DNA of 32,000 nucleotides from Candidatus Midichloria mitochondrii IricVA (GTDB lineage Bacteria; Pseudomonadota; Alphaproteobacteria; Rickettsiales; Midichloriaceae): NCBI RefSeq assembly GCF_000219355.1, contig NC_015722.1, positions 1,110,001 to 1,142,000 of the forward strand, read 5' to 3'. Shown piece by piece: positions 29,760 to 32,000 of this stretch (position 1 is its first letter; each line of letters starts with the position of its first letter). The notes under the pieces were generated by a model. It saw only the letters and a program-made list of their open reading frames with translations, ran no database searches and was not told where the DNA came from. The position numbers and the translations under genes were made by a program.

Positions 29760-30430
29760 TAGACCCCTCGAGCCTATTTTTCCATGAGATATATTGGATT
29801 TGAAGACATAAGCCAAGAGCCCTGAGAAGAGGCCTGACAAGAAATTGTTTGGCAAGCGATGCCGTGGCGCTGGATTTGGCAAATCTCTTTCAATTCTCCG
29901 ATGGCTGTTTCAATCAATCCACGCCCTGCAAGAAGCAGTTGTTTAAAAGCCGCAAGCGGGTTTTGTTTTTCTTAAGCCGTGTGATGAGCTCAATACCTTG
30001 ATTGCTCAGTGTTTTTGCTTATATACCACCGATCTCCGAATAGAAGGCCTGTCAAATATTGAGTCAGTTTTTTCGACAACGGCTCGATCATCTGTATTAC
30101 CCGAAGTCAGTGTGAATGACATAATCTCTCCTTGATCATTGAGAGAACCACCTTAAAGCCAAAGAACCGCATTAGCTCAACAAAGCGATTTGTAGCTGAC
30201 AAGCTTCGGCAATTCCTCTCTGAGAGAGATTTGAACACAGTTTAGGTAAAAATCTTTGATCCGGTAATGCCCTCAAATGAAACAAAACGAGGATCGTTAT
30301 AACTCTCGGAAAGCATCATCCTAGACTCTCGTTTCCTTTGTCTCTGCGAGTTTCTTAAGGATCTTTGGTACATGAGTTGTTGCTTGCAAAAATCATCAAT
30401 CAAACAAAATATTTCTACTAGGGGAACCAC
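29760..30430 (-). mobile_element. IS982-family transposase remnant (pseudogene)
   Basis: Minus-strand ORF 30242..30430 starts MVPLVEIFCLIDDFCKQ, the hallmark IS982-type N-terminus. Downstream fragments in shifting frames include LPKLVSYKSL, FTLTSGNTDDRAVVEK and a C-terminal RHR-containing segment. Multiple stops and frameshifts are present. I could not identify the ends of the element. Confidence 0.65.
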
Positions 30431-30776
30431 TTTCCTTATTTATCGTGAAATTGAGAAAAACTTAATGGTTACACAGCTTCTTTAAAACTTACCTCGAACT
30501 GGTGTTAAATTGGTTATATTCCTATATATTAGTGGTATCGATATTACAACTCAACACATTCGACGATTATCACGCAAGCCCTGTATCGAAGCAGCACGGA
30601 GCACACAGAAATCGTTAATTCAGTCAAGAACCTTTTACATGCTACTTACAGATTAAGGGCAGAAAATGGGATCCAAGAATATCCACTTCCTACCACCTGC
30701 TTGTTTCACAGCTTAAGCATTAGGCTCAACTTTGGGACTGGTCTCTTGAGGCAGCGCTTGGGTGTTATCTTCCGCA

Positions 30777-31055
30777 TCAGAAGGGTTCTGCGCTACTCTC
30801 TTGCTTAAGCTCATTGTTTGCTGCTTCAAGTGCATAATAACATAATTCTTCGAATTCAACGCTATTATCCGCTGCAAGTTTCTGTATTTTGATTAAGCTT
30901 TCTACTATTTGAGGAGGAACCTGCCCTCCGCGCTCTTTGCTAAGCCAATCTGCTTGGAAATGGATCGGGCTATGGGTGGGTTCAGGGTTTCCTATATAGA
31001 GCGGCACCACAGACCTACTTCCCCCAAAAAAGCAAGGCACCTCAAATTTTTTCAT
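30777..31055 (-). CDS. small conserved-looking hypothetical protein (92 aa)
   Basis: The intact ORF begins MKKFEVPCFFGGSRSVVPLYIGNPEPTHSPIHFQADWLSKERGGQVPPQIV. It resembles a small proteobacterial domain of unknown function that I recall only loosely (possibly DUF2610), so no function is assigned. Confidence 0.55.
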   Translation of the reverse strand: MKKFEVPCFFGGSRSVVPLYIGNPEPTHSPIHFQADWLSKERGGQVPPQIVESLIKIQKLAADNSVEFEELCYYALEAANNELKQESSAEPF

Positions 31056-31146
31056 GACAGTATGAAATCAAATAATCTTTTATAGACTAATGGTATTATT
31101 TTTAATGAATAACTACAATTTATTTTTACGTTTTTGATTTAAAACG

Positions 31147-31176
31147 ACTCCCCAGCTTACTGCTAAACTAGGGAGT
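31147..31176 (-). terminator. candidate intrinsic terminator of dnaK
   Basis: The inverted repeat ACTCCCCAG (31147..31155) / CTAGGGAGT (31168..31176) pairs at 8 of 9 positions. It lies 14 nt downstream of the dnaK stop on the minus strand and is followed on that strand by CGTTTTAAATC. Confidence 0.45.
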
Positions 31177-31189
31177 GATATTTTATAAA

Positions 31190-32000
31190 TTATTTTTTAT
31201 CATTTGAGTCTTCATATTCAGCATCAACAACTTTTTCTTGAGGGTCGGCTGAAGAATTTTGATCAGCGCCACCTTGCTGTTGATCTTGAGAATATACGTA
31301 CTGACCTATTTTAACCGTAAGTTCGGTTAGAGCCTCGGTTTTTTGTTTGATAGAGTCAGCATCTGCACCTTCCATAACCTCTTTAAGAGCCTTGATCGCA
31401 TCTTCAATTGACGACTTATCTGGAGCTGGAATTTTATCTCCATGCTCTTTTAAGCTCTTTTCAGTTGAATAAATCATAGAATCAGCATGGTTTTTTGCTT
31501 CTATCAATGCCTTCTTGGCTTCATCCGCACTTGCATTTTCTTCAGCATCTCGAAGCATTTTATTGATTTCATCTTCGCTTAGCCCACCTGAAGATTGAAT
31601 GGTAATTTTTTGTTCTTTACCAGTTGCTTTATCCTTAGCAGATACATGCAATATACCGTTTGCGTCCACATCAAAAGCCACCTCAATTTGCGGTAAGCCA
31701 CGAGGCGCTGGCGCTATCCCTTCTAAGTTAAATTGACCTAAAAATTTATTTGCAGAAGCCTCTTTTCGCTCGCCTTGGAATACTCTAATTGTTACCGCAT
31801 TTTGATTGTCCTCAGCTGTTGAGAAAATCTGTGATTTTTTAGTTGGTATGGTTGTATTCCTTTCAATAAGCGGAGTGAATACCCCCCCAAGGGTTTCAAT
31901 ACCAATAGAAAGGGGCGTAACATCAAGAAGTACTACGTCCTTCACATCGCCACTCAAAACTGCACCTTGAATTGCCGCACCAATTGCTACAACTTCGTCA
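31190..32000 (-). CDS. dnaK: molecular chaperone DnaK, C-terminal part (5' end lies beyond the window)
   Basis: The substrate-binding domain and lid are present: [93 protein letters not shown], and an acidic tail. The frame stays open to position 32000. Confidence 0.97.
   Translation of the reverse strand, partial: DEVVAIGAAIQGAVLSGDVKDVVLLDVTPLSIGIETLGGVFTPLIERNTTIPTKKSQIFSTAEDNQNAVTIRVFQGERKEASANKFLGQFNLEGIAPAPRGLPQIEVAFDVDANGILHVSAKDKATGKEQKITIQSSGGLSEDEINKMLRDAEENASADEAKKALIEAKNHADSMIYSTEKSLKEHGDKIPAPDKSSIEDAIKALKEVMEGADADSIKQKTEALTELTVKIGQYVYSQDQQQGGADQNSSADPQEKVVDAEYEDSNDKK

Overview
The window is an AT-rich chromosomal segment dominated by conserved housekeeping genes. By my reading of the protein sequences it comes from a host-restricted alphaproteobacterium, Rickettsiales- or Holosporales-like; that placement is inference, not a database result. 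Genes in order: partial MFS transporter (-), argS, a BON-domain lipoprotein, a 498-aa orphan repeat protein, a frameshifted thioredoxin-fold oxidoreductase, amgK-like/murU-like pair, NDUFAF5-like methyltransferase (-), groES-groEL, rpmJ-lipB-metK-lpxL-ABC exporter-fabD-fabG-zapE, trxA, a truncated glutamine-synthetase-like gene, ddl-ftsQ-ftsA, an S9 peptidase, a small conserved ORF (-) and partial dnaK (-). I found no tRNA, rRNA or CRISPR array, and no convincing self-contained novel multi-gene system. The interesting signals are structural. (1) Five gene-structure anomalies all sit on short poly(A) runs. Three are frameshifts, in groEL, lpxL and a dsbE/tlpA-like gene. Two are lost stop codons that fuse ABC exporter to FabD and Ddl to FtsQ. 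(2) Two directly oriented, roughly 800-bp defective IS1-family copies share inactivating lesions. One interrupts an intrinsic terminator and the other supplies the stop codon of zapE. (3) Pseudogenes are widespread: two beta-barrel OMP genes, comF, an ankyrin-repeat gene and an IS982-family transposase. (4) The orphan protein is Ala/Ser/Thr-rich, carries an 81-bp tandem repeat and has a Tyr/Cys-rich hydrophobic C-terminus. Many ORFs in the supplied track are antisense shadows of real genes.
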